A stretch of 64,000 bases of DNA from Negaprion brevirostris. Its lineage: Eukaryota. The stretch covers positions 21,083,283 to 21,147,282 of the forward strand of contig JARDVH010000164.1 in NCBI GenBank assembly GCA_030324005.1, given 5' to 3'. Position 1 is the stretch's first letter, and the number at the start of each line of letters is the position of its first letter. Below the pieces are notes generated by a model. The model saw nothing but the letters and a program-made list of their open reading frames with translations, did not search any database and was not told the origin of the DNA. Both the position numbers and the translations under genes were made by a program. Positions 49,811-63,705 of the stretch are shown here, piece after piece.

Positions 49811-51484
49811 AGTCGATCTTCATGACAGTCGTGAGATGGAGGCAGTAATGACTGCTATAGAATGTTTTAGAAAGGGAAGTAGTCAACCATAGCAGTGGTG
49901 CATTCCTTCAAGCAAGTAGCATTTTGGGAGTTTTTAAACCAGCCTTGCACATAAGAAAATGTATTCACACTTACAAGGTATGAAGTGAAGAAAGTAAACT
50001 GAAGAATGCTGGTGAGACAAATAAGAGGAGGATTACAAGATGAAATAAAAGATGAGAGATAGGGAAAGAGAGAGAGAGAAGCATAAGAGACAAAGAACAG
50101 AATAGAGAATCATGTGGGAGCTATAAGCTCAAGTACTTTTCCCCCTTCAGATAAAGCATGAATGTAAATATTAGTTACAAGATGCAGCTGGATTACTCTG
50201 AACAAAAATCTTTTATTTCGTAACAAACTGAAAACCCCCTGATTTTTGTTTATAATATATACACTTCTGGATCTCCTTCTGGAGCAGTTTGATCTCTGAG
50301 CCGAAGCACTTCTGGTTGCCTGGAATATAATAATATACATTTCGTACATAAAGATAACCTTCATTTCTTTAGAGGACATGTGCTTTGCAACATCCATTTT
50401 TTTGCATTCCTTAAATAGTTATGAGATGTGTCAGATTGTAATATCTGTTATTGCAAGAAACATCAATTAGGATTATTCAGTCAAGGAAGCTCCCGTCAGA
50501 ACCCTGACTTTCCAAACCTCAGAGCCAATTGCATTTCAAGTGCTTGGAGCTTTTGCCTTCATGAAGTTTTCTCGCAGTTTATTTGACACAGTGAGTATCC
50601 TTTTGAGTAAGTAAAGTCTTTTGACATTTCACTTGAACTAATTTAAGAATGTGTCTTTTGATCCTGTCATTTTTCAATATATTGTGAACTTTGAGTCAAT
50701 GCTTTAAAAATATTGAATGCAAGCAATCTATTAAAACAGTCACTGCAAATTATGTGATCTCTGAGGACTAGACAGCCCTGAGTCTGAAACAAATACTTAA
50801 TGAGATATGAACATCCATAACCATCTCAAGAACTCACACCTCCCTTTGCTTAAGGATGGACCATCAACAGAAAAATATAAGAATTCCAGCCAGTTCATCT
50901 TCCTGTTTCACCGTAAACAAAAAAGACACCAAAAGTCAGTGTATGTTTGAAAAATGTGAATGGATTCCCATCTACCTTACATTGTATTGTGATGGTGTCT
51001 CATCCAATCCTAGACTGACAAAATTTCAAAATGTCAAACAACACAGGAGGTGTAATCAACAAACACCACCCCTTGCTTAGAAGAAAGGACTTTGAACTTG
51101 GGTAAGTCACAGAATGAGAAATCCATTTTGTGGTCGACTTTGTTGAAAGAGTTTTGACTGGACGACTGAGCTCCAAATTGGCAGCACAAGAACTAGATCA
51201 ATTTTGCCTGTCAACTGATGTCATGATCCGTCTGCTGTGCAATTTCCAGTAACATTCACTGTTTCTGCAATAGTATACGGTCCAGCGCCATTCGCCCTAT
51301 AGGTGCGCAACAGTGACACGGATATCATTGTGGAGTTCGAAGAGCACAGGCAGCATCCAAATAGCAGCAGCCAATTAGTCCAATTTCCCGCCTACTTACA
51401 AAGAGCAATCACATCTGTATGGAAGCTGCTGCTAAAAGGGTGAATGTTCAGACTGGCATGAGAAGTTTAAAGTTTTTTTTTGTT

Positions 51485-51770
51485 AGAGTCATAATTAGGC
51501 TTACATTAACACTGCAATGAAGTTACTATGAAAGTCACTACACTCCTGCACCTGTTTGCGTACACAGAGGGAGAATCTAACATGGCCAATGCACCCAACC
51601 ACCCCATCTTTTGTACTGTGGGAGGAAACTGGAGCACCCAGAGGAAATCCACAAGGAGAATGTGCAGACTCCATGCAGACAGTGACCCAAGTCGGAAAGT
51701 GAACCCAATTCTCTGATGTTGTGNNNNNNNNNNGAGACAGGAGTGCTAACCATTGTGCCACCATGCCACC
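51485..51770 (-). mobile_element. HE1-type V-SINE
   Basis: Same family and tail as 30890, 36482 and 58050. Confidence 0.9.
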
Positions 51771-52732
51771 CATAGTAGGTGATGCTATGGAGGCAGTGTT
51801 CCATATCGTATGCCTCAAGCTTAAGCCAGGCAATAGAAATTGATCATTAAATTATGATGTAATAGAGACAAATAATCAACATCTGACACTATAATGTTAC
51901 GATAAATTAACTGGAAGGCTTACTGTTACGCTATTATATGGTTCAGGATCTTATCAAAGCACGATAGTCATTTCAGAAATAATCAGAAATGTAAGTACTT
52001 TATACCAATCTCATAAATTGTAAATTTACCAAATTGTGGCTAGCAAAGAAATTTGTGCCAGATATGTGAGAAAAAAAGCCATTGCTTTTCAGAGTTTTCA
52101 TTTTGAAAGGTACAATCTGTATATCACTGCACATAGTTTCGAGAACAAGAGTTAGAATAACAGATGCATATTAATATACAATTAATTGATAACAATGCAG
52201 TTTAAATTATGCAACTTTAATTGCAGATTCCAAAGAGAGAAAATGCAACAACCTTGAACACTTCCTTCAATTATGGTTAAAGGATTCAAAGAAAAAGCTG
52301 CTTGGTAGACTACTTCAAGTAGATATTAGACTGAGATGCTGAGTACCTCTGCTGGGACAGAAATGATTATATTTGGACAGTAAAACAGCTGTTGTCTTTA
52401 AAAAGCTGGAAATCAGCATCATGTTACTGCTACAGGATATCTTACAGAGCACAAATGGAATTCAGATGACTGATTTAAAGGATGACAAACAGGGTCAATG
52501 AATTAGAACAAGTGCAGGAACAAAATAAAACAGCAATGGAATAATTGTGTGCAAAAAAAGATTTACAAGAACGATACCAGAATTGAGAGGTCATATCTGT
52601 AAGGAAAGACTGAACAAGCAGGAGCTCTTTTCTCGAAAATAAAAGAGAAGTCTTTAAATCAGGAAGAGGTTTGATATGGCAGGCATGAAGAACATGTTTC
52701 TACTCACAGGAGAGGGCAGAACTGATGACCAT

Positions 52733-53872
52733 GGTCCAGAATGTCCATTCCTTACTGTGTGTGTGTGTGTGTGTGTGTGTGGGGCGGGGGGGCAGGACAA
52801 ACTCCAGAGATACCCCAGAAGATGCACTGGGCCCCACCTCCAGAAGGCCCGATGCAAGGTCTACGCTGGGAACCATCCAAAATTCTAATGTAAAGCTGGA
52901 GACTTGGATGGCTTCAACTCTCTGAGCAGAATAGTTAGTTACCCAGGAAAAGTACAAAGGATTAAAAACACTTATAACACCTGAGTAACTCTGGTACTGA
53001 GTGCTCCCAACCCCCACACTGGACCTCCTGACTCCCCTGCACTACCCCACCCCGACCACTTTAACAATCTCCGACCAACCTTCCCATTCCCAACTACGCA
53101 TCATCCGCTCAACCTCCCACCTTGGCCCTCACTACATGCCAACTACTATCACACCCCAACCAGCCCCCTGCTCCCTGACAACCTTGTAAAAAGGGAACAG
53201 AGTGGCAATCTGACAGTGATTGCCATTTGATGGAGAACTGACTGAAAAGTCACTCCTGTTGGCCCAAGAAACCATGACCAGGATTTACAGTCCTCAGACT
53301 GTGAACTGCCGGAGGTCATAGCCTCCAAGGACTGCCAGTCAGTCAGATGGCCAGCAGCTTTCAAGTCACAGCAGTGCCACCAGGATAATTAGCCACTGTT
53401 GGAACTGCAGTCAATCATTAATGGAAATCAGTGATTGAGGCAGGATTACCAGGTAAGTTGAATGACTTTTCCAGGGTTTGTTGGGCAGACCCCAAGAGTG
53501 GGGGGATCGGGATTGTCATTATGTAATGGGTGGAAAGTGGGGATAGTTCTTACCACTGGTGGGGGATCCTCTATAGGCTATAGGCTACACTTTACCCCTG
53601 AGTCCCCAGCTAGATCCCAAGTGCTTATCTGACAGCCTTACCATGTGGCATGGGTACCCCCACCACTAGCAGATACCAGAGGGAGGAGACCCTTTAAGTG
53701 GTCAATATTTCCGTGCAAAGGTCTCATTTGGCCCAACGTCAGGCTTGAGACCTACCACACTGCTGCTAAAAATCCAGGAAGCAGTTTGATGATAGACCCC
53801 CACTCAATTTTACTAACCCCACCCATCTGCCCCACTCATATCAGTGGGGCTGGGGGGTAGTAAATTTGACCC
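52733..53872. mobile_element. Probable non-autonomous PIF/Harbinger-like DNA transposon remnant containing a (GT)n tract
   Basis: GC-richer block with the cctttaagtggtcaat motif and termini resembling gg..gaat / taaatttgaccc. Recognised by pattern only. Confidence 0.35.
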
Positions 53873-55307
53873 AGGTCTTCCTTAGCAGAAAAACAAACAG
53901 AACCAAATGTATCTTAAATATATATTAAAAGGTCACAGCTTTGACCCTTCATCTGTGTTGAATTGATCTCAGCTGGTAGCAGTTGAGTGTTATAATCAAT
54001 CTTAGCATCCAACGCCAGAAAAAAAAATTCAGAGAAAAGAATCAGCCCTTGATTGGATCCACTGACTCTTCCCAACTGGAATTACATGTATACCGATATC
54101 AGGATCTGTTTTGTGATTGAGTAGCTTCCCCACACTCACTGTGCCAAAAAGTTTTGGGGTTTGTGAAAATGAGACAGTAAGGGAGAAATTTGTGGGGAAA
54201 GACAAGGCCATTGATATGTAAACAGAAAAGTTTTTTAATGTAATTACAATGTGTTGTGAAAAGGGGCAATTAGCTGCAGTCCACAAGCAACTCTTTTCTA
54301 TTCATCTCTCTGAGTTCAAGAGAGACAAGTAGTTTCCCACATGCATGGGGCAAGGCAAGGATGGTGCCCTCCATAAGCTACAACAACTGGCGCAGGAATT
54401 GAAGCTACACCATTGTTATCATTCTGCACTGTACAACAGCCATCTAACCAACTGAGCTAACCAATCCCTGATTTACAAATACTACATTTTAAACATGTGT
54501 CCAAATCACTTTGAGGATGAGTAAAGTTGCAGTTAATAAATAAATACTGCAGATGCCAGAATATTGAAATAAAAACAAAAACTGCCAGAAATATTCAGCA
54601 GATCAAGCAGCATGGCAGGCGTGGGAGAGAATATGGCATGAGGCCAACAAATTGGTTTCATGCCAGCATGAGTTTAGTGAAATCTTCTGCTGGTGCTAGC
54701 GATGGTAGGTCAGGAAATCTGCCAGAGACTGGCGTGAATCTCATTTGCATCCCATTGGAACAATGTGGCATGCAGATGTCAGGACTCACTTGAACAATGC
54801 CGAGGGCTGCCTCTGGAGTTCAGGATGGAGGCCACCTACAACTCTGGACCTGAAGCACCATAACAGTGTATATGGGGGAGACGGGGGCAGACATGCAGCT
54901 TAGGTGTCCTGGAGGAGGTCCATCTTCCAGCCTCAGAATATTCCTGGAGATCTATCTTTAATCTCAGGAGGTCCATCCTCTGGTCGCAGAGTGCTGTTAG
55001 AGATCCACCTCCATTTTCAGGAGGTCCACCTTTTTTCTACAATAGTGGGTCAGTGATGTTGGGCACCTTTCCAATCGGGCATCTAGACATGACGGTGGAC
55101 GACACACCATTCAGGCCTGCCCCATCATGGAATAAGGTGTAAAACACTCGGGTGCATAATCAATAAGATTGGGGCTGGAAGATTTGGCATGTTTTCTGCC
55201 AGCCTCTCTAGTGGGAAACCCCTTCTTCCCAGCCCCACACAGGACATAGTCTCAAAATTCCACCTCACAGTTCTGGTGATTGATTCATGGTCATGACCAA
55301 AAACATT

Positions 55308-55432
55308 GGCCAGAATGTTCCAGCCCTGCTGTGATGGCTTCCTCCATGGCGGAATCAGCGAGCCATTGAAATCTCCATTCACATTGGCAGGACCAGAAGA
55401 TCCTGTCAGTGTAAAGGGCTGGACAATTCGGG
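55308..55432. mobile_element. MITE with ~20-bp terminal inverted repeats
   Basis: 5' ggccagaatgttccagccct versus the reverse complement of the 3' end, gcccgaattgtccagccct. Confidence 0.6.
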
Positions 55433-56179
55433 CAGTTAACTCTGTTCCCTACGTAGATGCTACCTGACCTGCTGAGTATTTCCAGCACTTTCTGTTTTTT
55501 TATTAAAGTTAATTATTCTTCATTGCAAGAAAAGTCCACCAAAAACATGCTTCAAACTCAAATTTCTCTTGCCTGGAATTTATGGTCCAAATATTTTACT
55601 CCTGCTCACCATTCACGGAACTCTGACAGTAAGTCAGCCAATCTGTTCCTAAAATGCTAACACAGTATTCTTTAGTATTCTGTTATGATAAATTAACTCG
55701 CTGCAAATTAAATTGTCTAGTCAAAAACAAGTTAGTACTGTGCAAATTAATTGCTGTATTTATGCAGAAATCAGTGATTTGTCCCTTGAAAATTAATCTA
55801 CCATCGTTTCTGCTGACTGTGGGGATGAGGAATGGGAGAGGTAACACTTCAAGGGAGCTAAAAAGAACCCTCCAGTGCACGAAGTCTTCAAAGTATTCAA
55901 GTGGTTTATCTTGCGAATGTAAGCTTACTTGCTTTTCAAGCAAGCATCGTGTAGTTTTGGCAGCATCCATGCAATCTCTGAAACTAAAAATGGAATAGAG
56001 GATTGAATCATCTTACTGGGCTGTAGTGCCAGCAAAGTGAATGGAAAAACAGTAAAACTGTGACATGCTGTCAGAGGAGAAGGGAATATGAGATGGAATG
56101 TTACAGAAATTTGATATTGCAATTGTTTAATATTAGTGGCTTTTTTTTGTGATTNNNNNNNNNNNNNNNNNNNNNNNNA

Positions 56180-56600
56180 TCATTGGCTGGGCCAGCATTT
56201 ACTTCCCTTGAACTGAATGATTTGCTGTGACTGTAACACTACATTCTGCATTCTCTCGTTTCCTTCTCCATGATCGGTATGTTTTGTCTGTATAGTGTGC
56301 AAGAAACAATACTTTTCACTGTATGTTGATACATGTGACGATAATAAATCAAATCAAATCTGCCATTTAAGAGTCAACCACATGTAGGCCAGACTAGGTA
56401 AGGATGGCAGATTTCCTTCCCTAAAGGACATTAGTGAGCCAGGTGGGTTTTTATGACAATTGACAATGGTTTCATGGTCACCGTTAGACTTTTATTTCAA
56501 GATTCCTTTGATTAGTTCAAATTTCACCATCTGCCATGCTGGGATTCAAACCCCTGGGTCTCTGGATTACTAGTCCAGTGACAATACCACAATGCCAACA
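56180..56600 (-). mobile_element. tRNA-SINE interrupted by a Rex-like LINE 3' end (56231-56360, +)
   Basis: The SINE sequence resumes (gccatttaagagtcaacca) immediately after the (AAATC)n tail. Confidence 0.7.
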
Positions 56601-58049
56601 GAAGAAAATATTGAACAACACAAAACCATTTCAAGCTTAAAAATCTTTGTTCCTTGACCTTAAACCTTTTACCCACTTTTGGAAATGTGAATATAGAAGC
56701 CTAATAGTTACGGTGCTAGACAAGCAATTCATAGTTCAAATCCCACCGCAGCAATTTTTCACATTGAAGCCAATAAATTTGGTAGTTCATGGGTTAGCAA
56801 CAGAAATTGCCATTAAAAAAACTGTCATGTTATTATAAAAACTCAACTGAATGCTCTTCAGCAATGGAAACCTGCTACTCCTATTTGGTTTATGCCACAC
56901 CACATGGTTGACTCAGGACGAGAGTATTCAATTTGTTTTTTGTTTGACTGTGAGAGGCTGGTAACTGATCTATGCTTATTGTGCTTGATTGATTAAGCAC
57001 AGTGTGTGTGGACTCAGGAAAAATTAAATAAAACCGTAGAAAGAGCTGGAAGTCTGCAGTAGATGTTTTAGAGCATTGTGGGGAAAAAAATCCAGATGCA
57101 TGCACATGGAAATGAGTGACATCTCTGTACGGCTCTGAGAGATATAAAATATACAACAAATACTAGCAGGTCAACTAGGGATGGGTCATAAATATGGCCT
57201 TGCCAGTGTCACTCATATCCCCAAGACAAATTAAAAAGAATGATTTCCTGAAGGGGAACTCTGCCATATTTCTCTTTATGTAAACTTATGGAGTATTTAC
57301 CTAACCAAATCTGACCAAAGTTATTCAAACCTGGCTATTTGCTTTTGCTAGAAGTCATTACCATGGTTGCAGGCAGAAGTACAAGGTCCATGATGTTCTA
57401 CAGATAATTTGATCATCACAGTCTGTATCCTAATAACCTTCAGACTTGTTCTAAATTTAATATTTATCCAGTTCTTTTCTTAGCAAAAAGCTAATCAACA
57501 TGGTGTCAACGATTGTTACTGGGACCCTTTGTCAAAGTCATTACACTACACAATAGAACAGAAAAGAAACTGTAATCTCATGTGTCTCGAAGCTTGCTGA
57601 TTTTGTACTTATGTTCTCCAATTTTGTGCTCACACGTCCATAATAAATTACCTGTTCATCGCTGTAGTATCCATGCCTCTCAACATCTTTAATATCTAAA
57701 TCACATCCTCTCTTCATTTTTCTCTTCAATACAAACAGATTGTATTCTGTAAGGCTGTGCACTCAAAAATCATCCTTGAAGTTCTTAATGCTTTCCAATC
57801 CATCAAGGTCCTTCTGAAATTATATTGTTCACAATTGTACACAACATTTCAAGTGTGGCCTCAGCAATGATCTATACAAGGTTACAATCACTTGATTCTA
57901 CTTATCAAATGCCCTTGACATATATCCTGAAACTTGATTGGTCTTGGTCACAATGCCTTTTCAATGGTAAGACTATTTCAGTAAATAGTTGCTATTTTTA
58001 TTGGTCGCGGTTTTGTTGTGATCATTTTAACTTAATTTGTTACTTCAGT

Positions 58050-58358
58050 TGGGGAGATACTGTGGTACAGCAGTTAGCACTGCAACCTCAAAGTGCTAGG
58101 GACCTGGGTTCAATCCCTGGCTTGGGTCATTCTTTTTGTGCGGAGTCTGCACATTCTCCCCTGTCTGCGTGGGTTTCCTCCGAGTGCTCTAGTTTCCTCC
58201 CGCACTCTGAAAGATGTGCTGGTTAGGTGCATTGGCCATGCTAAATTCTCCCTCAATGTACCCAAACAGGTGCTGGAGTGCGGTAACTAGGGGATTTTCA
58301 CAGTAATTTCATTGTCGTGTTAATGTAAGCCTACTTATGATGCAAATAAATAAACTTT
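58050..58358 (+). mobile_element. HE1-type V-SINE, full length
   Basis: B-box gggttcaatccc, V-core, and a tail ending aataaataaact. Confidence 0.9.
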
Positions 58359-59677
58359 AAATTGTTTTAATATCTGTTGGTTGGGTTGAACCCTAGTTGT
58401 GCAATTCCTAAGGTAAGTGTGTTGGGCCAAAACTCCCTCCCTGTACTTTGAGCGCTGTTCCCCTTTTGAAGGTAGGCAATTGATTTATTCCTATTGTAAT
58501 AACTCAAGAAGCCCGACTGGAAAAGAACATTGTTTCTCTACAGAATGTAAAGAAAACCACTCCTGTGGTGTACACACACTGGTCCCTACCTGGCACAATA
58601 GCTCTGCAGGCCCAGTCCTGGGTCTGCCTTATAAAAAAAACTCAGGTAATGAGTTCTAGCCATTGCCTGTTACAAGGGGGATTCATACTCAATGNNNNNN
58701 NNNNNNNNNNNNNNNNNNNNNNNNNNNNNNNNNNNNNNNNNNNNNNNNNNNNNNNNNNNNNNNNNNNNNNNNNNNNNNNNNNNNNNNNNNNNNNAATGAA
58801 CCTCACAAGCAAATCAGTGATTCCTCATGGATCTCATTGGGATTATCACACCTACAAAACTAGGTTTGTCCCAATGCCACAATCGTTGGACACCTTGTAT
58901 TAATTTGTGTAGGAGCTCCTTGAAGATCAACATAGAGTGACAACCTCAATGTTGAAACATTGAAACTTCCAATTCCAGGTCACATCCATTCTAATTTGGA
59001 CACGCACTTCTATTCCTTCATTCAAGAATTTCCGACCTGACAAAATCATAGGAGCACAAGCATCATACAAGAATCACAGGTTAATTCAATAAATGTGATC
59101 TTGCCACCATTACCCATTGGAACAAGTAAAAAAAAAATCACCATCTACTATTGGTGGACATTGCCCGTAAATTTTCTGCTCATAATTGATAACTTTTTTG
59201 CAGTAACTTAATTTTGTTATCTTAGTTACTGGCTCTTCAAAACAAAAAATTACTCGCGCTTCATTATTCCCAGTAGGTTCTGCGAACAGAATGCCATAAT
59301 TCTCATAATCATATTTTAAAATAGAGCCCATCATTGTACTTTGGCATAAAATCAATTCTAGTTGGCCACACCAACTTTCATGGTTTTCCTCTTCAAGGAA
59401 GCATCAAAGCGGGGTTGGATTTAGTTCTCCCCCACAATTCCCAATAGCCAATCATAAACGGTTCCTTTCCTGTGCTACCTTTCTATTTGCCTAATTTCAC
59501 ACTGTCGAAAACGGGATCCATGGTGGCAAATGCTAATCAGGTTGTGTGTTGCCTAAAACCGTGGTCCACAGGCCTGTCTCCCTTTGTGCTTTTAGTGAGG
59601 AGTAGGCAACATACAATAACCTATTTTTTGACTTCACTGGTTTGATGTAACTTCTAAATTGTAATTTTTTTGGAGAA

Positions 59678-59928
59678 TTCTACTGTGCAGAAAGAGGCCA
59701 TTCAGCCCTTCAAGTCAGCGCTGACCACAATCCCATCCAGGCCCGATCCGCATAACCCCATGCATTTGCTCTAGCTAGTGCCCCTGACTCCAAGGGTCAA
59801 GTTAGCATGGTCAATTAACCTAACCTGCACATCTTTGGACTGTGTGAGGAAACTGGAGTACCCAGAGGAAACCCATGCAAACTCCACACAGAAAATGACC
59901 TGAGCCAGGAATCAAACCCGGGTCCCTG
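59678..59928 (-). mobile_element. HE1 SINE with CR1-type tail, 5' truncated
   Basis: Reverse-complement match to 48050-48310. Confidence 0.85.
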
Positions 59929-61823
59929 TGTTAAAAGTCTGTTTTCGGTGGTGTCACAATCACTGATTTATCTCAGAATAGGTTTTGTTAATTGTTGAAC
60001 AGATTCCTGTTCACGTTCCCTGCTTCCGTTTAAACAACAGTGCAATTTTCCATCGTCAAAATCTTCTGCTTAGTTTGCAGCATTCCTTTCATCTTCTCTC
60101 CAGCGATCATCTGAATGCAGCATTTAATGTCATCAATAATTTTTTTCCACATAGGAAGAGTACAAACAGCAATAAGTCCAGAACAAATCCCGATGGAACT
60201 GTTCATAGATGTAGCCTCATCCCATTTATCACTACTTCCTGATTTCAAACACAACACTAATTTGTCTTTAGTTTCTTCACACCACTACTTTTTGCAGAAG
60301 CTTCAGATATGGAATTTACATGTAGCTGCTGTTTGACAATGTGATGGCAGTCTTTTCGTCCCTGTAACCATATTTGCATAATACTCAGATTAGAGTCGAC
60401 AAACACCTGGGATCATTATGTTCTGTGCAGCTTTTGGAGTTCAAAAGGTCACCACATAAATTAGTTAAGCATACAATTGGATTGAACCAGTTCTCAAGAC
60501 ATTGCATTGAGATTGTGCATTCTATGAAGCAGGAATAAAGAAGCCTCTGGAGTAGAAACAAAGAAGACTTCCTTAAATGCTCCTCATATGCCATAGAATT
60601 GCTTTCCTAATGCTTTATGATAAAATGTGTGCGCGAATTTTACAGCAGCACTCTAAAATAAGAGACAACTCCCTTAACAAACATTATGTGGAGAATAAAT
60701 TATCTCTGGGAGTATAGTACAAGGAAGTAATATAGTCATTAGGTCTGAATTGTATTACAACAGGAAAATGAAACTTGGGCAGTTTATAGTCACCAAGTTT
60801 TTAGGCTGCATTATTGCCTTGAATGCTCAGATATTGTTTATCTTAACATCGTCTAAACTCGATATACTTGAAAGCATTTGGCTCAATCTAAACCTGTGGC
60901 TATCGTCAAATGTTACACTTCTTTCACAAATATGGATTCAATGAAATGTATTATCTGCACATCTATTGAATAATTTTAGCAGTGCAGTCTGCAGCATGAT
61001 TGATACTTACCAGGCATAAACAAAGCATTACATTTTAATCCCCTTTAATGGCATTGCAGGATTTCTGAATGTGTCATGAGTGAGGCATAGGGACAGGCAA
61101 ATTCCTGTTAATACAGTGTGGCAAGTGCCAGCAATAACATTTTTAGATGCTTCTGATACTACTGGGCTAAAGCTGATACACTATTAATTAATTTTTTTAT
61201 TATAAAATTCAGTATGAATTATGACATTTTATCCCTAAAGAGCTGAGTATGCAGGGGGCCTTTTGCCAGTTTAGGGTATTTAAGAAATATATATTTTCTG
61301 TTTTGTGCATTTGGTATGATTAGGCACTTTAACCCCGGGCACAGTGTGTGGGCTCCCACTGATACTGCTCCAACAAAAATAGGAAAGACTGCATAAGACA
61401 GGAACCCAACCAAGACCGCTTCAAGGTAATCTTGTCGAGGGACTCAGACAGAAGGTAGAGAGGCAAGACCCTAATCCCATCAGTAATCTGGATTATAGCG
61501 AAATTTCTAGAGTGGGAGGGGGAAGATAGTGAAAGAACAATGTCCACAGAAGCACTTAGGCCTCAGATACTTTCTAATTTACAATATGAGAGTCTCATTT
61601 GGAAAGGGGAAGTTTGATTTTAAAATTAATCTGGAGGCTTTTTGAATTGATATCTGTATTTCAAGTCATAAGTTTTTTTAACATTCAGAATGAAGATTCC
61701 ATTTGAAATTATAAAATAAATGACACCCTTGTGGGATTAAACTCTCATAGGATCATAGAATCAGACAGTGCAGTCGAGGTGCTTCGACCCATCGAGTCTG
61801 TACCAACATGCGAGAAACACCTA

Positions 61824-61944
61824 GGGTGGGATTTTCTGGCTGCACTCGCCCCAAATCCGGAAAATCCCACCTGAGGTCAATGCATGGTCTGTGTCCCACC
61901 CGCCACAATTCCCAATGATGGGCGGGACAGGAAAGTTCTGTCCT
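61824..61944. mobile_element. MITE inserted in an antisense CR1 3' end (~61746-62120)
   Basis: Internal inverted repeat ggtgggattttctgg / ccggaaaatcccacc (61825-61872); CR1 tail sequence lies on both sides. Confidence 0.55.
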
Positions 61945-63137
61945 TGAACTCCCACCTAATCCCATCTACCAGCACTTGGCCCAAAGATTTGAATGTTATG
62001 ATGCACAAAGTGCTCATCCAGGTTACTTTTCAAAGGATGTGAGGGAATCTGCCTCTATCACCTTCCCAGGCTGCGCATTCCAGACTGTCACCATCCCTAA
62101 ACCTCCTGCCTCCCCTTAAACTTGATTTCATTTCCAAAATGATAGTAGCACAAATCTAATAAACCGTAAACTTCATTTGACATGAGCCAAAAACCTTCTT
62201 TCTCATTCATGGCTGGGATTATGTGATACTGCTGAAGTGAATAGTGTTTGTGCTGGAACACCAAATTCTCTCTTCTCACTTGCAGTAGAGCGGACATGGA
62301 CGAGAATGGAGACTCCTACCCAGGTTACAGTCATTAAGTTCCAAATGTGTGTAATTCTAACACCACAGTACACACCACGCTAGGTTATATTTGCACCCAT
62401 ACAAAAGATAAGCAAAGAATGTTAATTTTTTTGGGAAGTTAGAAATTAAAATTAATCATGTACTTAAATTGTTTGGAGAGCAATTCCATCATTATATTTC
62501 AGAGTGTATGCTCCTTTTGGCTCCACAAAACTACAACCCACAATTGCCACCCTGTGTGCCCTCTTTCACTTTGTTTCCCTCTCCAGGGGAATAGTCAGAA
62601 TGGGCCAAGCCCTGACTAGTGAGCTGCATCAGGACAACTCATGAGCACCCACAGCTCACCAGTTTAATACTTAAAAGGCCTGAGGCCTATTTTGGATTGC
62701 GACTCAGGCTGCCAGGGACTGGCACACAAAACATTAGCTTCGCTGCCCAGCCACCTGTTTCAGTTGCAAGTCCAATTTCTCAGTGAATGTCTGCAAAATT
62801 AATTAAGTTGCCATCAGCAAATGATTAAAGGATATCACTGATGCTTTTGTTCAGCAAGAAAAACACCTTCTTTCTCCATGGAAAAGTCAACAGACAAAAG
62901 AGAGGGCACTTTAATTCTTATCATTTGTTACATTCTCGCGATTCCAGGGCTTTAATAATGGCAAACGTGTGGCCTTCAAGATTTTAGATTTAGATAATCC
63001 TCTGGGTTAATGGGGAATGTGGACATGAAGGCTGGCTTCTTGGCTACTATGGGTAATAATATCACTGCAAGATGTACCCAAAGGTACATCTACCAGATTA
63101 ATCATAAAAAAAATCTGCAACATGATCGAGCGCTTAG

Positions 63138-63226
63138 ACAGCCATGATCTTATTGAATGGCGGGGCAGGCTCGAAGGGCTACATGGCCTAGTCCTGCTCC
63201 TATTTCTTATGTTCTTATGTTCTTAT
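63138..63226 (+). mobile_element. Short 5'-truncated HER1/CR1 3' end
   Basis: Nearly identical to 10925-10997, with a (TTCTTATG)n tail. Confidence 0.85.
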
Positions 63227-63339
63227 CGTCTCTGTCCACATAATTCAACTGTCAAACCTTAGCCCTAGCCTCCCTACTTGTCCATGGCTACCAACTCCAC
63301 ATTCCATGGAGCTCATCACAACTGTATGGAATCTGTTTT

Positions 63340-63705
63340 GGCCCAGTGGTAATGCTGGCAATTCTGAACTTAAAATGTTGTTAGATTAAGATCATTTCTG
63401 AGACTTAAGCACAGAAACTAGGCTGACACTTCAATGCAGTACTGAGGGAATACTGCATTGTTGGGGTGCTGTCTTTCAGAATTCAAGTTTAAATGTAGGC
63501 TCCATCTGGATGCAAAGAAGCCCATGATACTATTCCTGGTGTCCTGTCCAATATTTGTTCCATTACAAATGTCACTAAAACAGATTGTCTAGTCATTTAT
63601 CTCTTGCTGTTTAACATGAGCTGCTACATTTCCCAATATTCTAACAGTGACTACACTTCAAAATAATTTGATTTACTGTGAAGTGTTTGGGACATCCTGA
63701 TGGAG
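63340..63705 (+). mobile_element. DeuSINE (SacSINE1-like)
   Basis: aggctgacact..gcagtactgaggga..gctgtctttcag..cctggtgtcctg-ccaatattt..acagtgactacacttcaaaa..gtgaagtgtttgggacatcctga. A weaker copy lies at ~5430-5670. Confidence 0.7.

Noticed and set aside
61004-61016. ATACTTACCAGGC resembling the 5' end of U1 snRNA
   Set aside because: Similarity stops after ~13 nt; it is simply the complement of a splice-donor-like sequence.
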